Numbered from the stretch's first letter, positions 9,523 to 19,618 are shown. The stretch: DNA of 52,157 bases from an archaeon (GCA_018652475.1 JABICB010000010.1:1-52157), one strand, 5' to 3'. The notes: generated by a model not told the origin, from the letters alone. Made by a program: numbers and translations.

Positions 9523-10086
9523 TTGGATCATTATGAATTTTTTGAGAATCTCGAAGGGGACTTCGATGATTCTCGTCCAATTTTTAAAAAAATATTTGTT
9601 GCCCTAATGGGTCTTTTCCTAATTATTATCATTCTTAGTTATTTTCTATTATCTCCAGGGGCAAGAGTTGCTATTGTTGGATTAATTGATAGTTCAGTTC
9701 TTGAAGATGATATGTCTCTATCTTTAAATTTCGGTGGACATTTATATTTTATTAATGGATCTTATGAAACTCTTTTAGATATTTATAATGAAAATGAATT
9801 ATTAGAAATTAAGGCATGCTTGTTTGGTGAGAAATTGAATGATGATTATTTTATTTCTGAGGTAGTTCAACCCGTAATTTATTCTCAATCTTATACTCAT
9901 GTTTCTGCAGAGAGATGTAGTAATTCTTCCTTAGTTTCCCTTCATAGTCATCCTTACAAAAGCTGTTATCCCTCTCACCAAGATTTTGTTAGTTTTTCTT
10001 ATGTAAAAATGGAAAATAACGACTCACTAATGGCAATAATGTGTGATAAAACTAGATTTAATGTTTTTTCGACGCCAGTTCTTTAA
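9523..10086 (+). CDS. Membrane-anchored JAB/MPN+ (JAMM) domain protein
   Basis: TM helix near the N-terminus; E (EIKACL) plus HSHPYKSCYPSHQD matches the JAMM motif HxHx7Sx2D. Confidence 0.75.
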   Translation: MDHYEFFENLEGDFDDSRPIFKKIFVALMGLFLIIIILSYFLLSPGARVAIVGLIDSSVLEDDMSLSLNFGGHLYFINGSYETLLDIYNENELLEIKACLFGEKLNDDYFISEVVQPVIYSQSYTHVSAERCSNSSLVSLHSHPYKSCYPSHQDFVSFSYVKMENNDSLMAIMCDKTRFNVFSTPVL

Positions 10087-10214
10087 GTAGGTAAACTTTG
10101 AAAACAAAAGCTTTATATATGGGAGTCCTTCGCTAAATACAATAGGTAGCACCTCTCTCCAAAATGATCAATAATATTTAATCTACATTATAAATTTATT
10201 TTAGTGAGAACTAC

Positions 10215-10289
10215 GCCCTGGTAGTGTAGCTCGGTTTATCACCCGGCCCTGTCGAGGCCGTAACCCGGGTTCAAATCCCGGTCAGGGCG
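10215..10289 (+). tRNA. tRNA-Asp (GTC)
   Basis: Acceptor GCCCTGG/TCAGGGC, anticodon arm CGGCC-CTGTCGA-GGCCG, discriminator G. Confidence 0.95.
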
Positions 10290-10303
10290 TTACCTACTTT
10301 ATT

Positions 10304-10377
<74 letters not shown>

Positions 10378-10400
10378 TACCTAATCATAACTTGAAAAAA

Positions 10401-10643
10401 ATGGAAAAAAAATTTAATATTTCACAACATATTCTGGTGCCTGAACATATCAAATTAAACGACGAAGAGAAAACTGTAGTTTTAAAACAATATAATATTG
10501 AAGAAACGAAATTACCTAAAATCTTTTTGAAGGATCCAGCTATACAACATTTAGAAGCTAATGTTGGAGACGTTATCAAAATAATTAGAAAAAGTCCTAC
10601 AAACGTAAAAAGTATATATTATAGGGTGGTTATAAATGGTTAA
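10401..10643 (+). CDS. rpoH: RNA polymerase subunit H (Rpo5)
   Basis: HILVPEH, LPKI...DP, GDVIKIIRKS, YYRVV. Start corrected to 10401 because the track extension lies inside tRNA-Lys. Confidence 0.95.
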   Translation: MEKKFNISQHILVPEHIKLNDEEKTVVLKQYNIEETKLPKIFLKDPAIQHLEANVGDVIKIIRKSPTNVKSIYYRVVING

Positions 10644-12117
10644 AGAATATAAAACATTATTAAAAAATTATTTTAGTCAACATTCATTTGTTGAATCAAA
10701 TATTAATTCATTTGATTATTTTTTAGACAAACAATTACAAGGATTAGTAGACGAAGTTGGTGAAATAGTACCTACTATTATTCCTCAAGAAGTTGAAAAT
10801 TTTATGATTAAGTTAGGAAAAATTTCTGTCGGCACACCAGAAATTACCGAAGCTGATGGGTCAAGAAGAGATATTTTTCCAACTGAAACAAGGCTTAGGG
10901 ATTTAACTTATGCTGCACCAATAACGCTAGAAGTAAGTTCTGTTATTAATGGTGTAACAAATGAATCATTTGTAGCATATCTTGGTAAAATGCCAGTTAT
11001 GCTTAAATCAAAACATTGTCATCTTCATGGTTTAAAAAATGATGATTTGACTAAACAAGGTGAAGATTCAAATGATTCTGGTGGATATTTTATTCTTAAT
11101 GGTAACGAAAGAGCATTGATTATGGTTGAAGATTTAGCTTCAAATAAATTCTTTGTTAAAAAAGCTACTATAGGTACGAGTAAATTTGTTGGAAAATTAT
11201 ATTCAGAAAAAACAAGTTATCGTATTCCACATACACTTGAACAAACAAAAGATGGAATTATAAGTCTTAGTTTTACAAGATTTAAAAGAGTTCCAGTTGT
11301 GGCTTTAATTAAAGCATTAGGTATAACTTCTGATCAAGAAATAATGCAGTCTATTTCAAAAGATACTTTTGATGATGTGTTAATTAACTTATATGATAAT
11401 ATTGAATTAAAAACACAAGATGATGCATTAGATTTTATTGCAAAGAAAATTGGTATAACTCAAAAAGAAATTAGAGTTGAAAGAGTTAGAGAATATCTTG
11501 ATAAATATTTATTACCTCACTTGGGAATTGAGAAAAAAGATAGAATTGTGAAAGCACAAAATCTTGCAAAAATGGTTAAAAGATTTTTATTAGTATCTAC
11601 TGGTAAAATTTCTTCATTAGATCAAGATCATTATTCTAATAAAAGATTGAAATTAAGTGGGGATTTATTAATGGATTTATTTAGAGTAAATCTTAGATCA
11701 CTAGTACAAGATATTTTATACAACTTTCAGAGATTAGTAAAGAGGGGTAAATTTACTTCCCTTAAAATTATTATTCGTGAACAGTTATTAAGTTCTAGAG
11801 TACATAGTGCGATGGCTACTGGTTCTTGGGTAGGTGGACGAGCAGGAATTAGTCAGAATATGCAGAGAACAAATAGGATTGATACTTTATCTCATTTACA
11901 AAGAGTTGTGAGTTTGTTAACATCCTCACAAGAAAATTTCGATGCTAGGGCACTGCATAGTACCCATTGGGGAAGATTATGTCCAGTTGAAACACCAGAA
12001 GGTACACCAATTGGTTTAAGAAAAAATTTAGCAATACTTGCTAATATTACAAGAGTTGAACCAACTGAAGAGAAAGTTAAAAGTTTATTGGTTGGAGCGG
12101 GAGTTAAATTATCATAA
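10636..12117 (+). CDS. rpoB2: RNA polymerase subunit B'' (Rpo2N)
   Basis: GGYFILNGNER, DHYSNKRL, WGRLCPVETPEG. Confidence 0.96.
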   Translation: MVKEYKTLLKNYFSQHSFVESNINSFDYFLDKQLQGLVDEVGEIVPTIIPQEVENFMIKLGKISVGTPEITEADGSRRDIFPTETRLRDLTYAAPITLEVSSVINGVTNESFVAYLGKMPVMLKSKHCHLHGLKNDDLTKQGEDSNDSGGYFILNGNERALIMVEDLASNKFFVKKATIGTSKFVGKLYSEKTSYRIPHTLEQTKDGIISLSFTRFKRVPVVALIKALGITSDQEIMQSISKDTFDDVLINLYDNIELKTQDDALDFIAKKIGITQKEIRVERVREYLDKYLLPHLGIEKKDRIVKAQNLAKMVKRFLLVSTGKISSLDQDHYSNKRLKLSGDLLMDLFRVNLRSLVQDILYNFQRLVKRGKFTSLKIIIREQLLSSRVHSAMATGSWVGGRAGISQNMQRTNRIDTLSHLQRVVSLLTSSQENFDARALHSTHWGRLCPVETPEGTPIGLRKNLAILANITRVEPTEEKVKSLLVGAGVKLS

Positions 12118-12118
12118 A

Positions 12119-13921
12119 ATGGTTGACATATTTTTAGATGAAAAATTTATTGGTTCAGTAGAGGATGCAAATAAGTTCGTATCTGATATAAGGACATCAA
12201 GGAGAAATGGAGATATTCCAAATACTCTAAATCTTCATTATGACGAAGGTTCTGATGAAATTATTGTTGAAACAAATAAAGGAAGGGTAAGACGCCCATT
12301 AATAATTGTTGAAAATGGTGTTTCAAAACTTACTGAAGACCATATTAAAAGATTAAAGGATGGAGAATTTAATTGGGATGAATTAGTTAAAACCGGAATA
12401 ATTGAATATATTGATGCAGGTGAAGAAGAAGATTGTTATGTTGCATTAACTGAAGAAGAATTAACTACTGAACATACTCATTTAGAAGTCAGTCCAATTA
12501 CAATTTTAGGTTTATGTACTTCATTGATACCTTATTCAAATTTTGGTAGTTCATCAAGATTGATTAGAGGTTCAAAGATTCAAAAACAATCACTTGGTAT
12601 GTATTCTACAAATTTTATGAATAGATTAGATACTGATTCTAATGTTTTACATTATCCACAAAAACCTATCGTGAAAACTTTCATGCATGATATTTTGAAT
12701 TATGAAAATACTCCTTCTGGACAAAATTTTACTATTGCAGTAATGAGTTATGAAGGATATAACATGGAAGATGCGGTTATTATCAATAAAGGTAGTATTG
12801 ATCGAGGTTTAGCAAGATCTACTTATTATAAACCTTACAAATTAGAAGAACTTAGATATTCTGGTGGATTAAGGGATGAAGTTGGTATACCTGACAAGGA
12901 AACTAAAGGTTACAAATCTGAAAAAGATTATAGACATTTAGAAACTGATGGTATTGCTTATACTGAAGCAAAATTAAATTCTGATGACGTTGTTATTGGA
13001 AGATCTAGTCCTCCAAGATTCCTTAGTGGATTAGAAGAGTTTAGTGTTGCTGCAAATATCAGAAGAGAAAGTTCATCTTATTTGGGTGAAGGTGCTTCAG
13101 GTACAGTTGATATGACTTATTTAACTGAGAGTAATGCTGGAAACAGATTAATAAAAACTAGATTAAGACAACAAAGAATTCCGGAGATTGGAGATAAGTT
13201 CGCTTCTAGACATGGTCAGAAAGGAGTTATTGGAATGTTGTATCCTCAAGAAGATATGCCATTTACTGAAAGTGGTATAACTCCAGATATAATTTTCTCT
13301 CCACATAGTTTGCCTGGAAGAATGACAATATCTCATGTTATTGAAATTCTAGCTGGTAAACTTGGTGCACTTGATGGAACATATATCGATGCAGCATCAT
13401 TTGATACACCATCTGAGGATGATTTGAGAGCTAGATTATTAGAATTAGGATTTAGAGAAAATGGTACTGAAACTATGTATAATGGTTTATCTGGTCAAAG
13501 ATTTAAAGTTAAAATTTTCATCGGAAATATATACTATTTAAGATTGAAACACATGGCGGCAAATAAATTACATACTCGTGCAGCTGGAAGAGTTCAATTA
13601 TTAACAAGACAACCTGTAGAGGGAAGAGCAATGGGTGGAGGATTGAGATTAGGAGAAATGGAGAAAGATTGTTTAGTGGCTCATGGAGCTTCTCTATTAT
13701 TGAAAGAAAGATTCGACTCAGATAAAACCATATTCCATGTTTGTGAAGATTGTGGTATGATTGCAGTGTATGATAATTATAGACATACTGCACATTGTCC
13801 TAGATGTGGTGCTTCTGCTAAGGTAAGTCCAATTGAATTAAGTTATGCATTCAAATTATTATTGGATGAAATAAAATCTTTAGGAATATCACCAAGTATT
13901 AATTTGGAGGATAAATTTTAA
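12119..13921 (+). CDS. rpoB1: RNA polymerase subunit B' (Rpo2C)
   Basis: GYNMEDA, GDKFASRHGQKG, GGLRLGEME, C-terminal Zn finger; ATG 12119 after the B'' stop. Confidence 0.96.
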   Translation: MVDIFLDEKFIGSVEDANKFVSDIRTSRRNGDIPNTLNLHYDEGSDEIIVETNKGRVRRPLIIVENGVSKLTEDHIKRLKDGEFNWDELVKTGIIEYIDAGEEEDCYVALTEEELTTEHTHLEVSPITILGLCTSLIPYSNFGSSSRLIRGSKIQKQSLGMYSTNFMNRLDTDSNVLHYPQKPIVKTFMHDILNYENTPSGQNFTIAVMSYEGYNMEDAVIINKGSIDRGLARSTYYKPYKLEELRYSGGLRDEVGIPDKETKGYKSEKDYRHLETDGIAYTEAKLNSDDVVIGRSSPPRFLSGLEEFSVAANIRRESSSYLGEGASGTVDMTYLTESNAGNRLIKTRLRQQRIPEIGDKFASRHGQKGVIGMLYPQEDMPFTESGITPDIIFSPHSLPGRMTISHVIEILAGKLGALDGTYIDAASFDTPSEDDLRARLLELGFRENGTETMYNGLSGQRFKVKIFIGNIYYLRLKHMAANKLHTRAAGRVQLLTRQPVEGRAMGGGLRLGEMEKDCLVAHGASLLLKERFDSDKTIFHVCEDCGMIAVYDNYRHTAHCPRCGASAKVSPIELSYAFKLLLDEIKSLGISPSINLEDKF

Positions 13922-13922
13922 A

Positions 13923-16511
13923 ATGAAAAAACAACCGATTACAAAAAAAATAGGCGCAATTAAGTTTAGTTTATTTTCGCCATCTGAAATAAAAAAGATG
14001 TCTGTAGCTAAAATAATTACTCCTGAATTGTATGATCGTGAAGGTTATCCTGTTGATGGTGGTTTAATGGATATTAGATTGGGTGTTATTGATCCTGGAC
14101 TAAGATGTAAAACTTGTAGTCAAAAATTGAAACAATGTCCTGGACATTTTGGATATGTTGATTTAGCAAGGCCAGTTATTCATATAGAATTTATTAAACA
14201 TATTCTTAGATTTTTAAGATCTAGTTGTGCTGAATGTGGAAGAGTTTTAGCTTCTGAAGAAAAGAGTGAAAAATTCTTTAAAGAGTTGGAAAGTGTTGAA
14301 AAAAATAAAACTATAAAAGATAAATTAACACTTATTAGAAAATTCACAAATACTTTGAAGACTATAACAAAATGTCCTCATTGTAATGCAAAACAACAAA
14401 AAGTTACACTTGAAAAACCTGTAACTATCTTAGTTGATGGAAAAAGAATTACTCCTATAGAAATAAGGTCAAGATTAGAAAAAATTACTGATGATGATTT
14501 GAAAATATTTGGTTTAAATTCAAAAGATGCTAGACCTGAATGGATGGTAATGAATATATTGCCTGTTCCACCAGTAACTATCAGACCAAGTATAACTCTT
14601 CAAAGTGGTGAGAGAAGTGAAGATGATATTACTCACAAAATTGGAGATATAGTAAGAATTAATCAGAGATTATTTGAGAATATCAATGCAGGTGCACCTG
14701 AAATAATTATTGAAGATTTATGGGATTTATTACAATATCACGTAACAACATTCTTTAATAACAGCGTCGCACAAATGCCTGTTGCTAGACATAGATCAGG
14801 TCAACCTTTGAAAACTTTAACTGAAAGAATCAAAAGTAAAGAAGGTAGATTTAGACATAATTTAGCAGGTAAGAGAGTAAATTTCTCATCAAGGACAGTT
14901 ATTAGTCCGGATCCAAAAATTAAATTTAATGAAGTTGGAATTCCTGTTGCTGTAGCACAAGAATTAACAATTCCAGAACGAGTTAATGAATGGAATAAAG
15001 ATTGGTTAAAAACTTTAATTGCAAGAGGTCCAGCTGGATATCCTGGTGCAAATTATTTGATTGATTTGGATGGTAAAAAGAAGAAGATTACTGATGAATC
15101 TGTTGAAATGATTTTAGAAGAATTAGACTTTGGTCATATTGTAGAAAGACATATTCTTGAAGGAGATGTATGCATCTTTAACAGACAACCAAGTTTGCAC
15201 AGAATGAGTATAATGGGTCATAAAATAAAGATTTTGCCAGGAAAGAGTTTCAGAATTAATCCTGCAGTATGTACTCCATATGGAGCTGATTTTGATGGAG
15301 ATGAGATGAATTTACATATCCCACAAACTCCTGAAGCGAGAGCCGAAGTAGAATTATTGTTGGATGTTGGAAATCATATTATTAGTCCAAAGAATGGATT
15401 TAATATTGTTGGTTCAACTCACGATGCAATTACTGGAAATTATTTATTAACTAAAAAGTTAGTATTCACAAAAGAAGATGCAATAAGATTATTAGCTTCA
15501 ATTGGAGTTTATTCTGGTGCTGATTTTGGGGATACAGTGAGCGGTAAGGAAATATTTAGTGAATTACTTCCTAATGATTTAGATTTTGTTGGTTATGCTA
15601 AGGAATTTACTGATGACAGTGATGATCCCGATCATATTGTTAAGATAAAACAAGGTAAATTAATCAGTGGAGTAATTGATAAAGCAACAATTGGTGAAGA
15701 TAATGGTAGATTAGTAAGATCTATTTACTCTAAATATGATAGAGAGACTGCACTTGGCATAATGAATAATATGTTTAAATTAGGTCTTTCTACTTTATTG
15801 TATAGGGGATTCACTTCTTCTGTTTCGGATACTGATTTACCTGATTCAATAACTTCAAAGAATACTAAATTATTAAATGAAGCTACTGGTAAGGTGGATG
15901 ATTTAATTGAATCATTTAATAAAAATAAATTAGAATCTTTGCCAGGTAATACTGTTGAAGAAACTTTAGAGATTAGAATTGTAGAAGTATTGAATAAAGT
16001 TAGAAATAAGATTGGTAAACAAGTTTCAGATTCTATAAAAGAAAACTCTACTATTATTATGGCAAATTCTGGTGCAAGGGGAAATTTCCTTAATGTTGCT
16101 CAGATGTCTGCTTGTGTAGGTCAGCAATCTATGAAGGGTAAAAGAATTGTCGGAGGATACAAAGGTAGAACTCTTTCAACATTCAAGAAAGGAGATTTAA
16201 GTCCATTATCTAGAGGATTTATTAGTAAGGGTTATAAAAAAGGTATGGGTCCAACTGAATACTTCTTCGGTGCAATGACTGGAAGAGATGGACTGATGGA
16301 CACTGCATTAAGAACTCCTAAATCCGGTTATCTATATAGAAGATTAGCTAATTCATTACAAGATATTAGAATCTTTTCAGATTTAACTGTAAGGGGTGCC
16401 GATAATGAAATAGTTCAATTTGTTTATGGTGAAGACGGTTTAGATGTTTCACAAAGTGAAGGTGGAACAATTAATGTAGATAGAATCATAAAGGAGATTA
16501 GGGGAAGATAA
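13923..16511 (+). CDS. rpoA1: RNA polymerase subunit A' (Rpo1N)
   Basis: CPGHFG, GKRVNFSSRTVI, FNRQPSLH, catalytic ADFDGDEMN, bridge helix SGYLYRRL. Confidence 0.97.
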   Translation: MKKQPITKKIGAIKFSLFSPSEIKKMSVAKIITPELYDREGYPVDGGLMDIRLGVIDPGLRCKTCSQKLKQCPGHFGYVDLARPVIHIEFIKHILRFLRSSCAECGRVLASEEKSEKFFKELESVEKNKTIKDKLTLIRKFTNTLKTITKCPHCNAKQQKVTLEKPVTILVDGKRITPIEIRSRLEKITDDDLKIFGLNSKDARPEWMVMNILPVPPVTIRPSITLQSGERSEDDITHKIGDIVRINQRLFENINAGAPEIIIEDLWDLLQYHVTTFFNNSVAQMPVARHRSGQPLKTLTERIKSKEGRFRHNLAGKRVNFSSRTVISPDPKIKFNEVGIPVAVAQELTIPERVNEWNKDWLKTLIARGPAGYPGANYLIDLDGKKKKITDESVEMILEELDFGHIVERHILEGDVCIFNRQPSLHRMSIMGHKIKILPGKSFRINPAVCTPYGADFDGDEMNLHIPQTPEARAEVELLLDVGNHIISPKNGFNIVGSTHDAITGNYLLTKKLVFTKEDAIRLLASIGVYSGADFGDTVSGKEIFSELLPNDLDFVGYAKEFTDDSDDPDHIVKIKQGKLISGVIDKATIGEDNGRLVRSIYSKYDRETALGIMNNMFKLGLSTLLYRGFTSSVSDTDLPDSITSKNTKLLNEATGKVDDLIESFNKNKLESLPGNTVEETLEIRIVEVLNKVRNKIGKQVSDSIKENSTIIMANSGARGNFLNVAQMSACVGQQSMKGKRIVGGYKGRTLSTFKKGDLSPLSRGFISKGYKKGMGPTEYFFGAMTGRDGLMDTALRTPKSGYLYRRLANSLQDIRIFSDLTVRGADNEIVQFVYGEDGLDVSQSEGGTINVDRIIKEIRGR

Positions 16512-16512
16512 A

Positions 16513-17709
16513 ATGGCAGATATATATGATAAATTTAGTGATAAATTACCTGGAAGAATACTTGAAGATATTAAAGCTAAAGAAAAATTAGAAAAACTTA
16601 CTACTGTAGAACTTACAAAAGTTCTGGAGAGAGTTTCTGATGAGTTTGAAAAGTCTAAGGTTGTACCTGGTGAAGCTGTTGGATTAGTTACTGCAGAATC
16701 ATTTGGTGAGTCTGGTACTCAGATGACATTAGATGTATTCCACTTTGCAGGAGTATCCGAATTACAGGTTACTAGTGGTTTACCAAGATTAATTGAGCTA
16801 TTTGATGCTAGAAAAATACCTAAAACTCCAGAGATGGAAGTTCAGATTTTATCAAAATATGCAAAAGATGAAAAGATGATTAGGAAAGTTGCTAGTAAGT
16901 TGAAAGAATTAACTTTACAAGATATTAGTACTGAGTTTTCTTTAAATTTAATGAAAGGTAATATTGAAGTTAAATTAGATTTAACAAAGGTCAAAGATTT
17001 TGGATTTACTCTTGATGAAATTGAAAAAACACTTAAAGAAAAATTGAAAAAAGTTAATGTTAGAAAATTAACATATGGTTTCGTTTTTGAAGCCCCAGAG
17101 GGTGTTTTCGAATTGACTGAACTTCATAAAGTTAAAGAAAAAGTTAAGGAAGTTGTTGTTAGGGGAATTGCAGGAATAACTCAAGTACTTCCAGTTAAAG
17201 TTGGATCTAAAACTATAGTAAAATGTGCAGGTTCAAATGTTAAGGATGTTCTTGCAATGGAAGAAGTTGATTCAAAAAATGTTACTTCAAATAATCTATT
17301 TGAAATCTTAGATTCATTAGGAATTGAAGCAGCTAGACAAACTTTGATTAATGAAGGTTTATCTATCATTGAAGGTCAAGGTCTTGATGTTGATGTCAGG
17401 CATATGTTATTATTAGCAGATTTAATGACGAATACTGGAACTTTAAAAGGAATTACTCGTGGAGGAATTGCTGGAGAAAAAGGTAGTGTTTTAGCTAGAG
17501 CAAGTTTCGAGACTCCAATACCTCATATCATTAATGCGAGTATTAGTGGTGAAGTTGATGAATTGAAGAGTGTTATCGAAAATGTAATGGTGAATCAGCC
17601 AGTTCCAATGGGTACAGGCTTGCCTAATTTAGTTTTTGGTGTTGAGAAAAAAACGAAAGAATTAAAAACAGAAGATAAAAAAGAAAATAAGGAGAAAATT
17701 AAAAAATGA
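16513..17709 (+). CDS. rpoA2: RNA polymerase subunit A'' (Rpo1C)
   Basis: PGEAVG, trigger loop GTQMTL..FHFAG, GLPRL.E, RH..LLAD.MT, LARASFE. Confidence 0.96.
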   Translation: MADIYDKFSDKLPGRILEDIKAKEKLEKLTTVELTKVLERVSDEFEKSKVVPGEAVGLVTAESFGESGTQMTLDVFHFAGVSELQVTSGLPRLIELFDARKIPKTPEMEVQILSKYAKDEKMIRKVASKLKELTLQDISTEFSLNLMKGNIEVKLDLTKVKDFGFTLDEIEKTLKEKLKKVNVRKLTYGFVFEAPEGVFELTELHKVKEKVKEVVVRGIAGITQVLPVKVGSKTIVKCAGSNVKDVLAMEEVDSKNVTSNNLFEILDSLGIEAARQTLINEGLSIIEGQGLDVDVRHMLLLADLMTNTGTLKGITRGGIAGEKGSVLARASFETPIPHIINASISGEVDELKSVIENVMVNQPVPMGTGLPNLVFGVEKKTKELKTEDKKENKEKIKK

Positions 17710-17960
17710 GTTTATCAAGTTTGAAAGCAGCATTGAAAGAAGGCAAGGTAGTTTTTGGTACTGAAAAAACATTAAAAGCTTTAAAGAATAATAAAGTTGT
17801 TGAAGTTTTCGTATCTAAGAATTGTCCAGATGAATTAAAAGAATCTATTGAATATTATGGGAAATTAAATGAGATTACAATTTCAATTCTAGATATTTTT
17901 AATGATGAACTTGGTTCCATTTGTAAAAAACCTTTTTCTGTTAGTGTTTGTTATTGCTAA
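17706..17960 (+). CDS. rpl30e: 50S ribosomal protein L30e
   Basis: GKVVFG, NCP, ELG..CKKPF; canonical position after rpoA2. Confidence 0.9.
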   Translation: MSLSSLKAALKEGKVVFGTEKTLKALKNNKVVEVFVSKNCPDELKESIEYYGKLNEITISILDIFNDELGSICKKPFSVSVCYC

Positions 17961-17961
17961 A

Positions 17962-18372
17962 ATGGGTATATATGATAAAGAGATTATAGATTATATCAAC
18001 TTATTTGAAAGAGTTACAAGATCTAGAGTAAAAGATTGTTTTTATCATAATGAAATTTTAGTTTTTGTCGTGGAAGAAGGATACGCTAGTAAAGCTATTG
18101 GAAAAAAAGGTGCAAATATATCTAAATTTTCTGCACTGATAAAAAAGAGATTAAAGGTTGTAGAATATAGCGAAGATCCCTTAGTATTTATAAAGAACTT
18201 AGTATATCCAATTAAATTAAAAGATGTAAAACTCGAAGGAGATACATTAAAAATCTCTGCTGAGCTTCAAAAAGACAAAGGTTTATTAATAGGAAGAGAT
18301 AAACGAAATTTAGAAAATTTTAAAAAGGCTATGAAAAGCTATTTTAAGATAGAAAACGTTAAGGTAATATAA
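17962..18372 (+). CDS. nusA: Archaeal NusA (two KH domains)
   Basis: AIGKKGANI and [10 protein letters not shown] loops; canonical operon position. Confidence 0.92.
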   Translation: MGIYDKEIIDYINLFERVTRSRVKDCFYHNEILVFVVEEGYASKAIGKKGANISKFSALIKKRLKVVEYSEDPLVFIKNLVYPIKLKDVKLEGDTLKISAELQKDKGLLIGRDKRNLENFKKAMKSYFKIENVKVI

Positions 18373-18374
18373 AA

Positions 18375-18812
18375 ATGAGTAAAAAAAGTAGAGGAATAAA
18401 TGCAGCAGTAAAACTGGTTAAGAAAAGAAAGCAGTTTAGATGGAAGGATGCTTATTTTACTCGAAGAGCTCTTGGATTAAATAAAAAGGCAGACCCATTA
18501 GGTGGAAGCCATCAAGGTTCAGCTATTGTATTATCTAAAGTTGAAATTGAAGCTAAACAACCAAATTCAGCATTGAGAAAATGTGTTAAATGTCAGTTAG
18601 TTAAATCTGGTAATAAAGTAACTTCTTTTGTTCCAGGCGATAATGCAATCAAATTTATTGATGAGCACGATAGTGTTGTTATAGAAAGAATTGGTGGTGC
18701 AAAGGGTAGATCTAAGGGAGATTTATCAGGTATCAGATATCAAGTTATAAAAGTTAATGATCAAAGTTTAAATGCTTTGGTACGAAAAAAGATTGAGAAG
18801 GGTAGAAGATAA
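18375..18812 (+). CDS. rps12: 30S ribosomal protein S12 (uS12)
   Basis: [17 protein letters not shown]. Confidence 0.97.
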   Translation: MSKKSRGINAAVKLVKKRKQFRWKDAYFTRRALGLNKKADPLGGSHQGSAIVLSKVEIEAKQPNSALRKCVKCQLVKSGNKVTSFVPGDNAIKFIDEHDSVVIERIGGAKGRSKGDLSGIRYQVIKVNDQSLNALVRKKIEKGRR

Positions 18813-19408
18813 TGAAATTATTCAATATATGGGATACAAGCAAAATAAAAGTTTCTGAAGAAGCTTTGGTACCTTATATCAACTTAAGACCTATTTTAGT
18901 TCCTAGGACTGGTGGAAGAAGTGCTCAAGGAAGTAGAATATGGGCTCCAAAAATTCACATAGTTGAAAGATTAATGAATAAATTAATGGTTCCAGGTCAT
19001 AGAGGTAAGAAACATAAAATATCTTCATATCATTGTACTGGAAAAGCAAATTTACAATATAAAACAGTTATTAGTACATTAAAAATTATAGAAAAAGTAA
19101 CTGGAAAGAATCCTATAGAAGTTTTTGTTACTGCAATTGTCAATGCTGCACCAAGAGAGGAAGTATTAGGTATTGAATATGGTGGAGCAAGATATTCTAA
19201 GCCTGTTGAAGTGGCACCTCAGAGAAGAGTTGATTTGGTTCTTAAATTAATGGTACAAGGTGCTTATGGAAAATCTTTCAATAGTAGAGTTGACATTGAA
19301 AAAGCTTTATCTGAAGAAATTTTAGCAGCATATAATATGGATGTTCAAAAAAGTAATGCTCTATCAAAGAAATTAGATAACGAAAGACAAGCAGATTCAT
19401 CTAGGTAG
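18812..19408 (+). CDS. rps7: 30S ribosomal protein S7 (uS7)
   Basis: IVERLMNKLM, NAAPREE, YGGA, APQRRVD. Confidence 0.96.
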   Translation: MKLFNIWDTSKIKVSEEALVPYINLRPILVPRTGGRSAQGSRIWAPKIHIVERLMNKLMVPGHRGKKHKISSYHCTGKANLQYKTVISTLKIIEKVTGKNPIEVFVTAIVNAAPREEVLGIEYGGARYSKPVEVAPQRRVDLVLKLMVQGAYGKSFNSRVDIEKALSEEILAAYNMDVQKSNALSKKLDNERQADSSR

Positions 19409-19438
19409 TTTTTTATATTCTTTCTTATTACTTATTTT

Positions 19439-19618
19439 ATGGATAATATTTTCAAAACTTTACCTGTCGGATTTAAGCATGATTTTAGTCTTGCAGAAGT
19501 TGATGAAGAATATCAACGTGCAAAAGTTATGTTGAGTATTTTTAAGGAATTAATGAAACGTCAAGAAGAACATCCTAGTGATTGCCCTTGGTGTAAGAAG
19601 GAGTTAAAAAATGATTGA
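19439..19618 (+). CDS. 59-aa hypothetical protein with C-terminal HxxxCPWC motif
   Basis: Own translation MDNIFKTLPVGFKHDFSLAEVDEEYQRAKVMLSIFKELMKRQEEHPSDCPWCKKELKND; fills the gap and overlaps the next start; absent from the ORF track. Confidence 0.6.
   Translation: MDNIFKTLPVGFKHDFSLAEVDEEYQRAKVMLSIFKELMKRQEEHPSDCPWCKKELKND

Noticed and set aside
10085-10299. 10-bp inverted repeat AAGTAGGTAA/TTACCTACTT around the promoter and tRNA-Asp
   Set aside because: Short, AT-rich, not extendable, no target-site duplication; plausible by chance
18714-18740. uS12 GDLSGIRY instead of GD(I/L)PGVR
   Set aside because: A single substitution in a fast-evolving lineage; cannot be weighed without an alignment
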